A stretch of DNA of 49,120 nt from a virus (lineage: Duplodnaviria > Caudoviricetes), in the IMG/VR virus record IMGVR_UViG_3300012940_000034, positions 1 through 49,120 of that record; one strand, written 5' to 3'. The stretch's first letter is position 1. Each line of letters starts with the position of its first letter. The notes beneath the pieces were generated by a model, which did not search any database, was not told the DNA's origin, and saw nothing but the letters and a program-made list of their open reading frames with translations. Shown piece by piece: positions 18,625 through 25,906 of this stretch. A program made the translations under genes and the position numbers.

Positions 18625-19458
18625 ATGGCTACCTGGCCAACACCATCACTATCTGATGGGTATTTGGTCGCTGAGGGCGACTGGAATTTGCATGTCGATA
18701 ACCTAAACGATCTGAACACTCGGGTAGGTACAGGAAACGGCACAGATCTTGCATCTCGCGTCTCCACACTTGAAAGCGGAAAGGTCGCTACTACTCGCAC
18801 CATTTCTACAACGAATGGCCTACAGGGTGGTGGCGACCTTTCCGCCAACCTCACGCTCAGCCCTGTCTATGGTACCTCAGCGAACACAGTTGCACAAGGA
18901 AATGATTCTCGTATCACGGTTACGCAGGATGCTTCGATCGGGAATAGCGCGCTTGGAACCCGTGTGACTGCCCTAGAAGCGCAGCGAAACGCATTTTTCT
19001 ATAGCAACGTTGATCAGAACGTTCCTAACACTACTGAACAAAAAGTTAAGTTCGAATTAGGGTCTAGCGTGACAGGGCTCGCGACTAAGAACGCCGCCAA
19101 CGACACAATCACACTTGTTAAGGGTGGGTTGTGGATGATTGAGGTCGGTTTGAGGTTTGGCCCTATCACCTATGTAGGTAGCCCTACTGGCGAGCGCTTC
19201 TTCCGAATCACTAACGGTGGGACTGGTACTGCGAATGCCTACAAGAATAAGAACGAATATCGTAGCACGGGTCAGGTTACGATGACTGGGGATACATTTG
19301 TTGCTCCGTTCGCTGCTAATGCAACGATTTCAATCACGGTGCAGCACAACTCGGGAACATCAACTGCCGCCGGTGATGCGGCTAACAACGCTGTTATTCA
19401 GGGTTCGGTAGGGGGCACTGTGGTGCATGTGTCCCTGACTTATCTTGGTGGTTCGTGA
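18625..19458 (+). CDS. minor tail / receptor-binding protein A
   Basis: AAGGAG RBS; GLQGGGDLSAN fibre motif; beta-rich C-terminus. Confidence 0.75.
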   Translation: MATWPTPSLSDGYLVAEGDWNLHVDNLNDLNTRVGTGNGTDLASRVSTLESGKVATTRTISTTNGLQGGGDLSANLTLSPVYGTSANTVAQGNDSRITVTQDASIGNSALGTRVTALEAQRNAFFYSNVDQNVPNTTEQKVKFELGSSVTGLATKNAANDTITLVKGGLWMIEVGLRFGPITYVGSPTGERFFRITNGGTGTANAYKNKNEYRSTGQVTMTGDTFVAPFAANATISITVQHNSGTSTAAGDAANNAVIQGSVGGTVVHVSLTYLGGS

Positions 19459-19478
19459 TTTGAACTAAAGGAGTATCT

Positions 19479-20255
19479 ATGGCTACTTGGCCTACGCCAT
19501 CGCTGTCTGACGGGTATCTAGTTGCTGAAGATGACTGGAATTTGCACGTTGACAATTTGAATGATCTAAACACCCGTGTGGGTACTGGAAATGGAACGGC
19601 CCTTTCTACTCGTGTGTCTACTCTTGAGACGGGTAAGGTTCCTAACACACGAACCATTACTACCGCTTCTACTTCAGGACTGACTGGCGGTGGAGATTTA
19701 TCAGCTAACCGATCCTTGGCTGTCAACTTTGGTGATACTGCAACAACAGTCGCAACTGGGCTGCGTGCTCTCAATCTGGAAACACGCGCCACTGCCCTTG
19801 AAAGCGGCAGGGCGTTGAATAAGTATGGCCGTTGGTATTCCACGTCCACTGCCGTACATGATACAAGCACAGTTCCCATCACGAGTTGGGTAGCTGACGG
19901 GACTCCTATGACGGACGTTAGTGTTTCTGGGAGTACGTTCACAGTTAACACTACTGGTCTGTACGAAATGACCGCGCAGTATCACGGCACAATGAATGAG
20001 ACGCAAGGTACCGGCGGGAACACTAACTTCTTCATTGCCAAGGTGGACTTGACGGCACTATATGCTCAGTCCCAGGGCTACCGCGTTCAGTACCAAGCGG
20101 GCGCTATTGAAGTGTCGGATAATATTTCTACTGGTGCTGTTTCGCTGACGGCAGGCACGACCTTCAACGTGACACTGGGAAGTGCCACACCCGTTGGGAT
20201 CACGCTGAGCAATAGCCTGAAGCGGACATTCATCTCGATTCGCCGAATTGCATAA
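19479..20255 (+). CDS. minor tail / receptor-binding protein B
   Basis: N-terminus nearly identical to the previous gene; different C-terminal domain. Confidence 0.75.
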   Translation: MATWPTPSLSDGYLVAEDDWNLHVDNLNDLNTRVGTGNGTALSTRVSTLETGKVPNTRTITTASTSGLTGGGDLSANRSLAVNFGDTATTVATGLRALNLETRATALESGRALNKYGRWYSTSTAVHDTSTVPITSWVADGTPMTDVSVSGSTFTVNTTGLYEMTAQYHGTMNETQGTGGNTNFFIAKVDLTALYAQSQGYRVQYQAGAIEVSDNISTGAVSLTAGTTFNVTLGSATPVGITLSNSLKRTFISIRRIA

Positions 20256-20264
20256 GGATAAATT

Positions 20265-20588
20265 ATGCCTGAGTTTCTATTCGCCACTCAAAAACCTCGC
20301 GTTGTTTGGCGCTTCCAACTCACCGCTGAGAACTTGAACGACACCGCTCAGTTCATCTTCGATAACACAGGGGTGAATGCCCAGGTAGTCAACAACGGCG
20401 TTGAGTGGCAGTATGGCGTTCTTCCTGTGGTGTCGAGGCGCGCAGAGATAGGTGACTGGTTGTGGTGTGATGGACCGACGACAAACATGGGGATTACGTA
20501 TATCAATATTAGTCAGACTGAACCCGTGGAAAGTGTGGGGCTTCAGCCTATCACAACCAATGATCCGGCGTATACAATCACTGAGTAA
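20265..20588 (+). CDS. hypothetical protein
   Basis: AAGGA RBS; tight packing in the tail operon. Confidence 0.7.
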   Translation: MPEFLFATQKPRVVWRFQLTAENLNDTAQFIFDNTGVNAQVVNNGVEWQYGVLPVVSRRAEIGDWLWCDGPTTNMGITYINISQTEPVESVGLQPITTNDPAYTITE

Positions 20589-20605
20589 GTAAATTTCACC
20601 TGGGA

Positions 20606-20956
20606 GTGCACATGGATTTCAGTGCAATTCTGGGCGCGATTCCAACGCTAGGACCTATCGGGATTGTTCTTCTGATTCTTGCTTATGTCGGTAAGCAGTG
20701 GATTGGGAGTGACGCCCGATACAAGGCTGAAATTGAACGTCTTAATGCCGCCCATGAGGCAGAACTTAAGCGTATTAACGAAGCGCATGATGACGAGTTG
20801 CGTGAACTACGTGATGATATTCGCGAGTTGCGCAAGGACATCGATAATCTAAGGCGCGAGCTTGAAACTGAGCGGCGCCTAAGGTACGAAGCACAGGAAG
20901 AAGCGCACCGCGCACGACTGCAGTCGGGGAATTCTGAAAAGAAGAATGAGCAATGA
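20606..20956 (+). CDS. membrane-anchored coiled-coil protein (lysis cassette)
   Basis: N-terminal TM then heptad-rich coiled coil. Confidence 0.65.
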   Translation: MHMDFSAILGAIPTLGPIGIVLLILAYVGKQWIGSDARYKAEIERLNAAHEAELKRINEAHDDELRELRDDIRELRKDIDNLRRELETERRLRYEAQEEAHRARLQSGNSEKKNEQ

Positions 20957-21489
20957 AATTATCAACAAAAGGAACTGCCTATGTAGGTCTTCTGCTAGTG
21001 GCACTAGTAATGGCAGGTATTGCGATCGTGCGGCAATTCACAGTAGAAGATACAAAGAACGACCTAGCCAATCAAGTAACTAACGCGTGCCGTAACGATA
21101 GGGTTGGTGCCGAAGCGCGAGGATTGAATTGCGCACAGGCAGAAAACGAAACAACATCACCTAACCCTAATCCTATCACCGTCACAGCACCGCCGAGCAT
21201 TCTTCAGGTCCCATTGCCGACAGTAATCACAGCGACACAGCAAGTCCCCCTGCCATTTCCCACTGTCGAAACAATTCAACTTCCTGGAGAGCGCACAGTA
21301 GAACGAAACAATAACACACAAACTGTAACTAAAACGGAAACTTCAGTGTCTACAACTGTGAGTACTCCGCCGCCAGAAGTCACTACCACGACAACGACAT
21401 TTTATGAACCTACTACGACAACAGTCTATAGGCCGTGCCAGGTAGTTGACGTTCCTGACGATATCCCAAAGTGTCCAGAAGGAGAGTAA
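20953..21489 (+). CDS. membrane-anchored Thr/Pro-rich protein (lysis cassette)
   Basis: N-terminal TM, Cys pairs, T/P-rich stalk. Confidence 0.65.
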   Translation: MKLSTKGTAYVGLLLVALVMAGIAIVRQFTVEDTKNDLANQVTNACRNDRVGAEARGLNCAQAENETTSPNPNPITVTAPPSILQVPLPTVITATQQVPLPFPTVETIQLPGERTVERNNNTQTVTKTETSVSTTVSTPPPEVTTTTTTFYEPTTTTVYRPCQVVDVPDDIPKCPEGE

Positions 21490-22407
21490 ATGGCTAAGGG
21501 CATCGATGTCTACACGAAGTATCAAAATGTCCTGAATTGGCAAGCCGTGCGTGCTGCGGGAATTGAGTTTTGCTATGTCAAGGTGAGCGACGGAACGAGC
21601 ACACGCGCAACGAATAATTACGGGGCGCTAGGTACACGTGCGGGCGTTGTGATGGGGGCGTATCACTATGCACAGTTCGGGGACCCTGTTGCACAAGCAA
21701 ATCTATTAATTGATCAGGCGGCAGCAAATAACTTGCTTGACCTTGCGCCCGCCCTAGACCTTGAAGACCCTTTCGTCCCAGGCACACAGGCCGCAAACTT
21801 TGCTATTGCGTTTTTGAAGCAGGTGAAGGCGCGAGGACATCGACCATGCTTGTACGCCAACAACTCAATGCTAAATAGCATTCTTGCGGCTGTCAAGCGC
21901 GAGATCCCAGATGTAATTGTGTGGGTGGCTCGTTATGGAGCTAATCCTACGGTCGAATACCACGTGTGGCAGTACAGCAGTTCAGGAACTGTGAGTGGTA
22001 TCGCGGCAAGTGCCGTGGATATGAACACGGGAAGCATTCCGTTCAATCTTCCTTCAGGAAGTTCAGGAGGCAATACCTCCGCTGTTATTGATGATGAGGA
22101 GACAACATTGAAGCTAGAACCTGGCGAGAATCGACACCTCCCAATTCCAGTCGCTGGTAAGCCACCTTACCTCTACATCGCCGCTGGCTTTGGTGATTGG
22201 GTGGACGTGCATCAGATTGTATTCGTTGGGCCGACTAAGGGCGATGGCGGGAATTATATTGCTGGAGGCTATGATCAGCCTGAGGGTCAGCCCGCGTGGC
22301 GATGGGTCAGTGATCGTCCTGGACCCATTCGTATTCCTGACGGCACAGCGTTTGTCGTTATTCGCTACACGACCCCGTTCGATTCCTGCGTCGCATACGT
22401 AGGCTGA
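21490..22407 (+). CDS. endolysin, GH25 muramidase
   Basis: GIDVYTKYQ, YVKVSDG, GAYHY, ALDLE, VWQYSSSG. Confidence 0.92.
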   Translation: MAKGIDVYTKYQNVLNWQAVRAAGIEFCYVKVSDGTSTRATNNYGALGTRAGVVMGAYHYAQFGDPVAQANLLIDQAAANNLLDLAPALDLEDPFVPGTQAANFAIAFLKQVKARGHRPCLYANNSMLNSILAAVKREIPDVIVWVARYGANPTVEYHVWQYSSSGTVSGIAASAVDMNTGSIPFNLPSGSSGGNTSAVIDDEETTLKLEPGENRHLPIPVAGKPPYLYIAAGFGDWVDVHQIVFVGPTKGDGGNYIAGGYDQPEGQPAWRWVSDRPGPIRIPDGTAFVVIRYTTPFDSCVAYVG

Positions 22408-22416
22408 AAAGGAGAA

Positions 22417-22683
22417 TTGATGCGTTACGTTAAGGCTATTGCCGCTGTTATTGGAGGGCTTACGCCTGCCGCTGTGCTAGGGCTTCTTTCACTTTTCGGA
22501 GTGAATGTGTCCGAGGACACAATTACGAAGGTGCTTGCGGCCATCACCCCGCTCACTGCTACAGTGGGTGTGGTAGTTGCCCCTAAGAATGCTGAGAAGA
22601 ACGAGCAAACCGAGGCTCAGGCAATTGATTATAGCGTTCCTGCGCAGACAGACGAACGCGAGACTATTGAGATTCCTCAGTAA
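22417..22683 (+). CDS. holin
   Basis: Two hydrophobic segments with a charged tail, after endolysin; possible dual start. Confidence 0.7.
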   Translation: MMRYVKAIAAVIGGLTPAAVLGLLSLFGVNVSEDTITKVLAAITPLTATVGVVVAPKNAEKNEQTEAQAIDYSVPAQTDERETIEIPQ

Positions 22684-22694
22684 CTCACCATTTA

Positions 22695-22734
22695 AAAACG
22701 CCCACCTATCCTTCATGTGGTAGGTGGGCGTTTT
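22695..22734. terminator. bidirectional terminator at arm convergence
   Basis: AAAACGCCCACCTA...TAGGTGGGCGTTTT. Confidence 0.85.
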
Positions 22735-22836
22735 CTATTCCTCATAGTCAGGAAAATCCCATGAATTCATGTCCTGCTTAATGAGCAACTTTGCTTCCTC
22801 AAACAAGGCAGTATCACTATCGTACTCGTCGTTCAC
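22735..22836 (-). CDS. 33-aa acidic hypothetical protein
   Basis: GTG...MNDEYDSDTALFEEAK...YEE*; fills the gap to the terminator. Confidence 0.4.
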   Translation of the reverse strand: MNDEYDSDTALFEEAKLLIKQDMNSWDFPDYEE

Positions 22837-22851
22837 TTACTTTGCTCTTTC

Positions 22852-23376
22852 TCACATGTATTTCTCAACAAGCTCGGACGCTTTCTGCCCTAGCTGCGTA
22901 ATTGTTCCATCGTTCAGCAGTAGATCATCAGTGGGTAGCGCGCTAATTCCTGTGTCGCTCACGTGCGAATTGACGGCTTCAACGCCTGGTCGTTCGACGC
23001 GCACGACAATCCCACCATTTGCTTTCACAAACGCACACTCATTCTCATAGCGCACATCCGTGTACACAACGTGATGACCCTCTTGCAAGTGCCCAATCAA
23101 CTGCGCACGTGTCGCCATCACCCACGCGTCTTCACCAATTACTTCTCTAACACTGTGCCCTAGGTTCTGTAGGTACTCCCTCACCCCTGGCAACTCATTT
23201 TTCGCATACTCCCAACCGTGCGCCTCTACCAAATGATACACAGATGGATCGAGGCGCAGGGCTAGTTCTTTAAGCTTGTCGGCAAACGACAATCGATAAA
23301 ACCCGTGTCGAAGTCGTAGCGCCTTAGCAACCGTGTCCTTCCCGCTTCCTGCATACCCCGTCAGACCTATAATCAC
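22852..23376 (-). CDS. deoxynucleoside monophosphate kinase
   Basis: IIGLTGYAGSGKDT P-loop, FADKLK, REYLQNLG, TDVRYENE. Confidence 0.9.
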   Translation of the reverse strand: MIIGLTGYAGSGKDTVAKALRLRHGFYRLSFADKLKELALRLDPSVYHLVEAHGWEYAKNELPGVREYLQNLGHSVREVIGEDAWVMATRAQLIGHLQEGHHVVYTDVRYENECAFVKANGGIVVRVERPGVEAVNSHVSDTGISALPTDDLLLNDGTITQLGQKASELVEKYM

Positions 23377-23516
23377 CGTATCACCATTCCGATCAACATC
23401 ACAATTAAGCCTAACACAATTACGGTCACGAGCGCTAACAGCGCAAATAAAAACACAACGCCCGGAGTGATGAGCATTGCTACAATCGACGTGACAGAAA
23501 TCAGAGTGCGTATCAA
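23373..23516 (-). CDS. 47-aa hydrophobic membrane protein
   Basis: Open frame of almost entirely hydrophobic residues, 4-nt overlaps on both sides. Confidence 0.55.
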   Translation of the reverse strand: MIRTLISVTSIVAMLITPGVVFLFALLALVTVIVLGLIVMLIGMVIR

Positions 23517-23755
23517 TACAGATCGTCCAGGGCTTCTTTTAGTGCCTTGCGAATTGCTTTAGCTTGTTTAGGCGTCAAGCCATCAAGCAGCACGCCCCCA
23601 ATCTGCAGGTAAATTCGAGGGTTTTTAGGCTGTAGATCGTGTACATCGCCCAAATCGTCATAGTACACTGTAGCATCCACATTATTAGTAAACTTTACAG
23701 CAACACTCAAGTAATTTTTCTTAGTTTCAATCGCTACAGAACTTGTCACTTCCAC
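23513..23755 (-). CDS. hypothetical protein
   Basis: GGAGA RBS; operon packing. Confidence 0.6.
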   Translation of the reverse strand: MEVTSSVAIETKKNYLSVAVKFTNNVDATVYYDDLGDVHDLQPKNPRIYLQIGGVLLDGLTPKQAKAIRKALKEALDDLY

Positions 23756-23865
23756 TCTCCAAACAACTCAGCAAATGATGTATCAATCTCATCATATCGC
23801 CGAACATCCTCATTGTCAACCCACATGACCTTAAATCTGTCTCGCCACGCGTCACTTACAATCAT
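23746..23865 (-). CDS. 39-aa hypothetical protein (likely leaderless)
   Basis: ATG 6 nt downstream of a -10 box TACTCT. Confidence 0.5.
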   Translation of the reverse strand: MIVSDAWRDRFKVMWVDNEDVRRYDEIDTSFAELFGEWK

Positions 23866-23871
23866 ACACAC

Positions 23872-23900
23872 AGAGTAGCACATGGAAAAACCCCACGCAA
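23872..23900 (-). promoter_or_regulatory. sigma70-type promoter
   Basis: TTGCGT-17-TACTCT with extended TG. Confidence 0.55.
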
Positions 23901-23930
23901 CCCTCTCGCTGAGAGTTACATGGGGTTCTT
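23886..23930 (-). terminator. terminator of tRNA operon
   Basis: Minus-strand AACCCCATGTAACTCTC...GAGGGTTGCGTGGGGTTTTT; G-U pairs only work on the minus strand. Confidence 0.75.
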
Positions 23931-23931
23931 G

Positions 23932-24003
23932 AGCCCCTACGACGACTCGAACGCCGTACTCCTGTTTACAAGACAGGTGCTTTACCGGTTAAGCTATAAG
24001 GGC
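23932..24003 (-). tRNA. tRNA-Thr(TGT)
   Basis: GCCCTTA/TAGGGGC, CCTGT-CT TGT AA-ACAGG, TTCGAGT. Confidence 0.9.
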
Positions 24004-24006
24004 ATG

Positions 24007-24210
24007 TGCCCTCTTGATTTAGCTTCCGCTCGCTGCGACGTTCCCTAGGCTATCGCATCTTACAGTTGCAGCTCAGCGGGCTACTGAGCAAATGTGTCAA
24101 GCACGACACTCCGTGCGTTACATGTTTGTGACCTAAGACATGTTGACACCTCTGAGTGACACTCTTAGTCTTAAGTCACAAGGTCCTAACGACTGCCACA
24201 CGAAAGGACA
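24007..24210 (-). ncRNA. unclassified ~204-nt structured RNA candidate
   Basis: Closing stem TGTCCTTT/AGAGGGCA, 14-bp stem TTGTGACTTAAGAC/GTCTTAGGTCACAA, further hairpins; no ORF of 60 aa or more; inside the tRNA operon. Confidence 0.6.
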
Positions 24211-24279
24211 GAGCGCATGTCGAGCAAGGACGCATGATCAGGTTTGCAGCCTGACGCCTATCCATTCGGCCAATCGCCT
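24209..24279 (-). pseudogene. tRNA-Cys(GCA)-like with aberrant T-arm and acceptor
   Basis: Canonical D arm and TCAGG-CT GCA AA-CCTGA; T-loop is CTTGCTC and the acceptor is poorly paired. Confidence 0.65.
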
Positions 24280-24325
24280 GTAGCTACCTTACCCTAGTCC
24301 TCGGTGAGGTAGCTCCACTTTGTTG

Positions 24326-24410
24326 CGGAAACGGTGTGAGTCGAACACACTCCCCCGTGAGAGGGGCCTTGCCTTAGCAGGGCAGCGCCTTACCGTTCGG
24401 CCACGCTTCC
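24326..24410 (-). tRNA. tRNA-Ser(GCT)
   Basis: GGAAGCG/CGTTTCC, loop CT GCT AA, long variable arm, TTCGACT. Confidence 0.9.
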
Positions 24411-24425
24411 TCAATGTATCCCATG

Positions 24426-24506
24426 CCGAGGTTAAAGGAATCGAACCCTTAGGCGTTGCCTAGCGACGCTTTTCGAGAGCGCTTGTCCCCATGGACGCTA
24501 ACCTCG
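24426..24506 (-). tRNA. tRNA-Ser(CGA), atypical D arm
   Basis: CGAGGTT/AACCTCG, GCGCT-CT CGA AA-AGCGT, variable arm; D arm GTCC-ATGG-GGAC. Confidence 0.75.
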
Positions 24507-24549
24507 TCAGCCACAGGCGCTTCAGTGAGAGGCATCCTGTGGTCTTGTG

Positions 24550-24620
24550 CTCCTCACCAAGGTATTGAACCCCGTCCTTCTGGTCCAGAGCCAGACGTGC
24601 TGCCTTCACACCCGTGAGGA
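24550..24620 (-). tRNA. tRNA-Gln(CTG)
   Basis: TCCTCAC/GTGAGGA, TCTGG-CT CTG GA-CCAGA. Confidence 0.85.
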
Positions 24621-24625
24621 TTAAG

Positions 24626-24700
24626 TCTCCCCTGCAAGATTCGAACTTGCGGCCTCCTGGTTCGTAGCCAGACGCTCTATCCAGGCTGAGCTAAGAGGAG
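24626..24700 (-). tRNA. tRNA-Arg(ACG)
   Basis: TCTGG-CT ACG AA-CCAGG, GCAAG TTCGAAT CTTGC. Confidence 0.92.
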
Positions 24701-24701
24701 A

Positions 24702-25046
24702 TCATAGACGCGTGTAAGTCCGTGCTGCATGGCAATTCGCGCACACGATCTCGCACTTGGCAATTTCTAGTTTTAGAGTATCTAGAGAAACACCTTGCGA
24801 TGCAAGCGTAGACACATTGTCGCTTTTATCGGCTGCATTCAGATGGTCGAATTGCATAACATAGTGTGGATATTGTACCCCACAATCGACACAAGGTGTT
24901 GACGATTTTAGGTCTGCAACATACTTACGGTTTTTTATCCTGCGCCGCCTAATAAAGTCTATAGAATACTGTATTGCTTGTTGCCGCGTGCGCTGATAGT
25001 AAGCCCGTCTATATTGTTTTTGATCTTCTGGATTTTTATATGGCAC
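24702..25046 (-). CDS. HNH endonuclease within the tRNA array
   Basis: PCVDCG...MQFDH...KCEIVCANCH; start set at GTG25046 because the upstream ORF portion is tRNA. Confidence 0.85.
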   Translation of the reverse strand: MPYKNPEDQKQYRRAYYQRTRQQAIQYSIDFIRRRRIKNRKYVADLKSSTPCVDCGVQYPHYVMQFDHLNAADKSDNVSTLASQGVSLDTLKLEIAKCEIVCANCHAARTYTRL

Positions 25047-25047
25047 G

Positions 25048-25119
25048 TGAGGTATGCGAGTCTCGAACTCGCCCAGCCTGCTTGGAAGGCAGGAATGCCG
25101 CCAACAACATCTATACCCC
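25048..25119 (-). tRNA. tRNA-Gly(TCC)
   Basis: GGGGTAT/ATACCTC, CCTGC-CT TCC AA-GCAGG. Confidence 0.85.
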
Positions 25120-25124
25120 AAGAG

Positions 25125-25207
25125 TTGCAGTGAAGGGAATCGAACCCCCATGCTCCTAAGAGAACGGAACTACAATCCGCTGAACCCACCACCTGTTCAA
25201 CACTGCA
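25125..25207 (-). tRNA. tRNA-Tyr(GTA)
   Basis: TGCAGTG/CACTGCA, GCGGA-TT GTA GT-TCCGT, variable arm. Confidence 0.85.
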
Positions 25208-25212
25208 ATGCG

Positions 25213-25284
25213 CCTCGCCACTAGGGATCGAACCTAGGCGTCTCGGGCTTCAACCGAGTGCTCTACCGACTGAGCTACAGCGAG
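25213..25284 (-). tRNA. tRNA-Phe(GAA)
   Basis: CTCGG-TT GAA GC-CCGAG, CTAGG TTCGATC CCTAG. Confidence 0.9.
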
Positions 25285-25289
25285 TTAAG

Positions 25290-25362
25290 TAGTCCGTGCG
25301 GGGTTCGAACCCGCGTTCTCCTGAGTGAAAGTCAGGCGAGATCACCGCTACTCCAACGGACC
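25290..25362 (-). tRNA. tRNA-Glu(TTC)
   Basis: GGTCCGT/ACGGACT, CCTGA-CT TTC AC-TCAGG. Confidence 0.92.
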
Positions 25363-25367
25363 ATACG

Positions 25368-25440
25368 TACTCCCGCAGGGATTCGAACCCTGACTAACAC
25401 GCTTTTGAAACGTGTGCCTCTGCCGTTGGGCTACGAGAGC
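25368..25440 (-). tRNA. tRNA-Leu(CAA), short variable loop
   Basis: CACGT-TT CAA AA-GCGTG, CAGGG TTCGAAT CCCTG. Confidence 0.88.
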
Positions 25441-25543
25441 AAGCACTAGTTTATCACGCCGACATGGCAGTGTCACGTGAACTCACCAGCGGGAACCTGC
25501 CAGTTCCTGAACACTCGAAAGCCTTAGGAGCTGACGGTGTTTT
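25441..25543 (-). ncRNA. unclassified ~100-nt putative pseudoknotted RNA
   Basis: GGAAC-TGGCAG-GTTCC hairpin whose loop complements downstream CTGCCA; extra hairpins; lies between tRNA-Asp and tRNA-Leu. Confidence 0.4.
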
Positions 25544-25544
25544 G

Positions 25545-25617
25545 CCAGGCGTACGGGAGTTGCACCCGCACCCACCATCTTGACAGGATGGGACTCTACT
25601 AATTAAGCTAACGCCCG
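25545..25617 (-). tRNA. tRNA-Asp(GTC), atypical T- and D-loops
   Basis: CGGGCGT/ACGCCTG, CCATC-CT GTC AA-GATGG; T-loop TGCAACT, D-loop lacks GG. Confidence 0.8.
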
Positions 25618-25664
25618 TTACTGCCTCCCGCCACCAGCTACTTAGGTATCTACGAGAGACATTG

Positions 25665-25736
25665 TGGACCTACACGGATTCGAACCGTGCCTATCTGCGT
25701 GCAAAGCAGACGTGCTTCCGCTAACACTATAAGCCC
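25665..25736 (-). tRNA. tRNA-Ala(TGC)
   Basis: G3:U70 identity pair present; TCTGC-TT TGC AC-GCAGA. Confidence 0.92.
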
Positions 25737-25742
25737 ATAGCG

Positions 25743-25815
25743 TAGACCTGGAGGGATTCGAACCCACACTGACATGCTCCTAAGGCATGTGCCTCTGCCA
25801 TTGGGCTACAGGTCC
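25743..25815 (-). tRNA. tRNA-Leu(TAG), short variable loop
   Basis: CATGC-CT TAG GA-GCATG, TTCGAAT. Confidence 0.88.
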
Positions 25816-25865
25816 AAAATCGTCAGCGAGCGAACTTTATGGGAACGCCCCCGACGATGTATGCA

Positions 25866-25895
25866 ATTATACTCTAAACTTCGGGCTCGTGTCAA
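25866..25895 (-). promoter_or_regulatory. consensus promoter of tRNA operon
   Basis: TTGACA-18-TATAAT. Confidence 0.85.
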
Positions 25896-25906
25896 GCGCC
25901 CAGTGA

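Noticed and set aside
18625-20255. Diversity-generating retroelement or invertible tail-fibre switch
   Set aside because: No reverse transcriptase or invertase; the repeats are N-terminal, direct and differ at synonymous sites
24007-24279. tmRNA or an intron-split tRNA-Cys
   Set aside because: No tRNA-Ala-like ends or tag ORF; no T-arm/ATCGCCT 3' exon after the structured element
25441-25543. Hammerhead ribozyme
   Set aside because: CTGGTGA resembles the core, but there is no correctly placed GAAA or stem III on either strand
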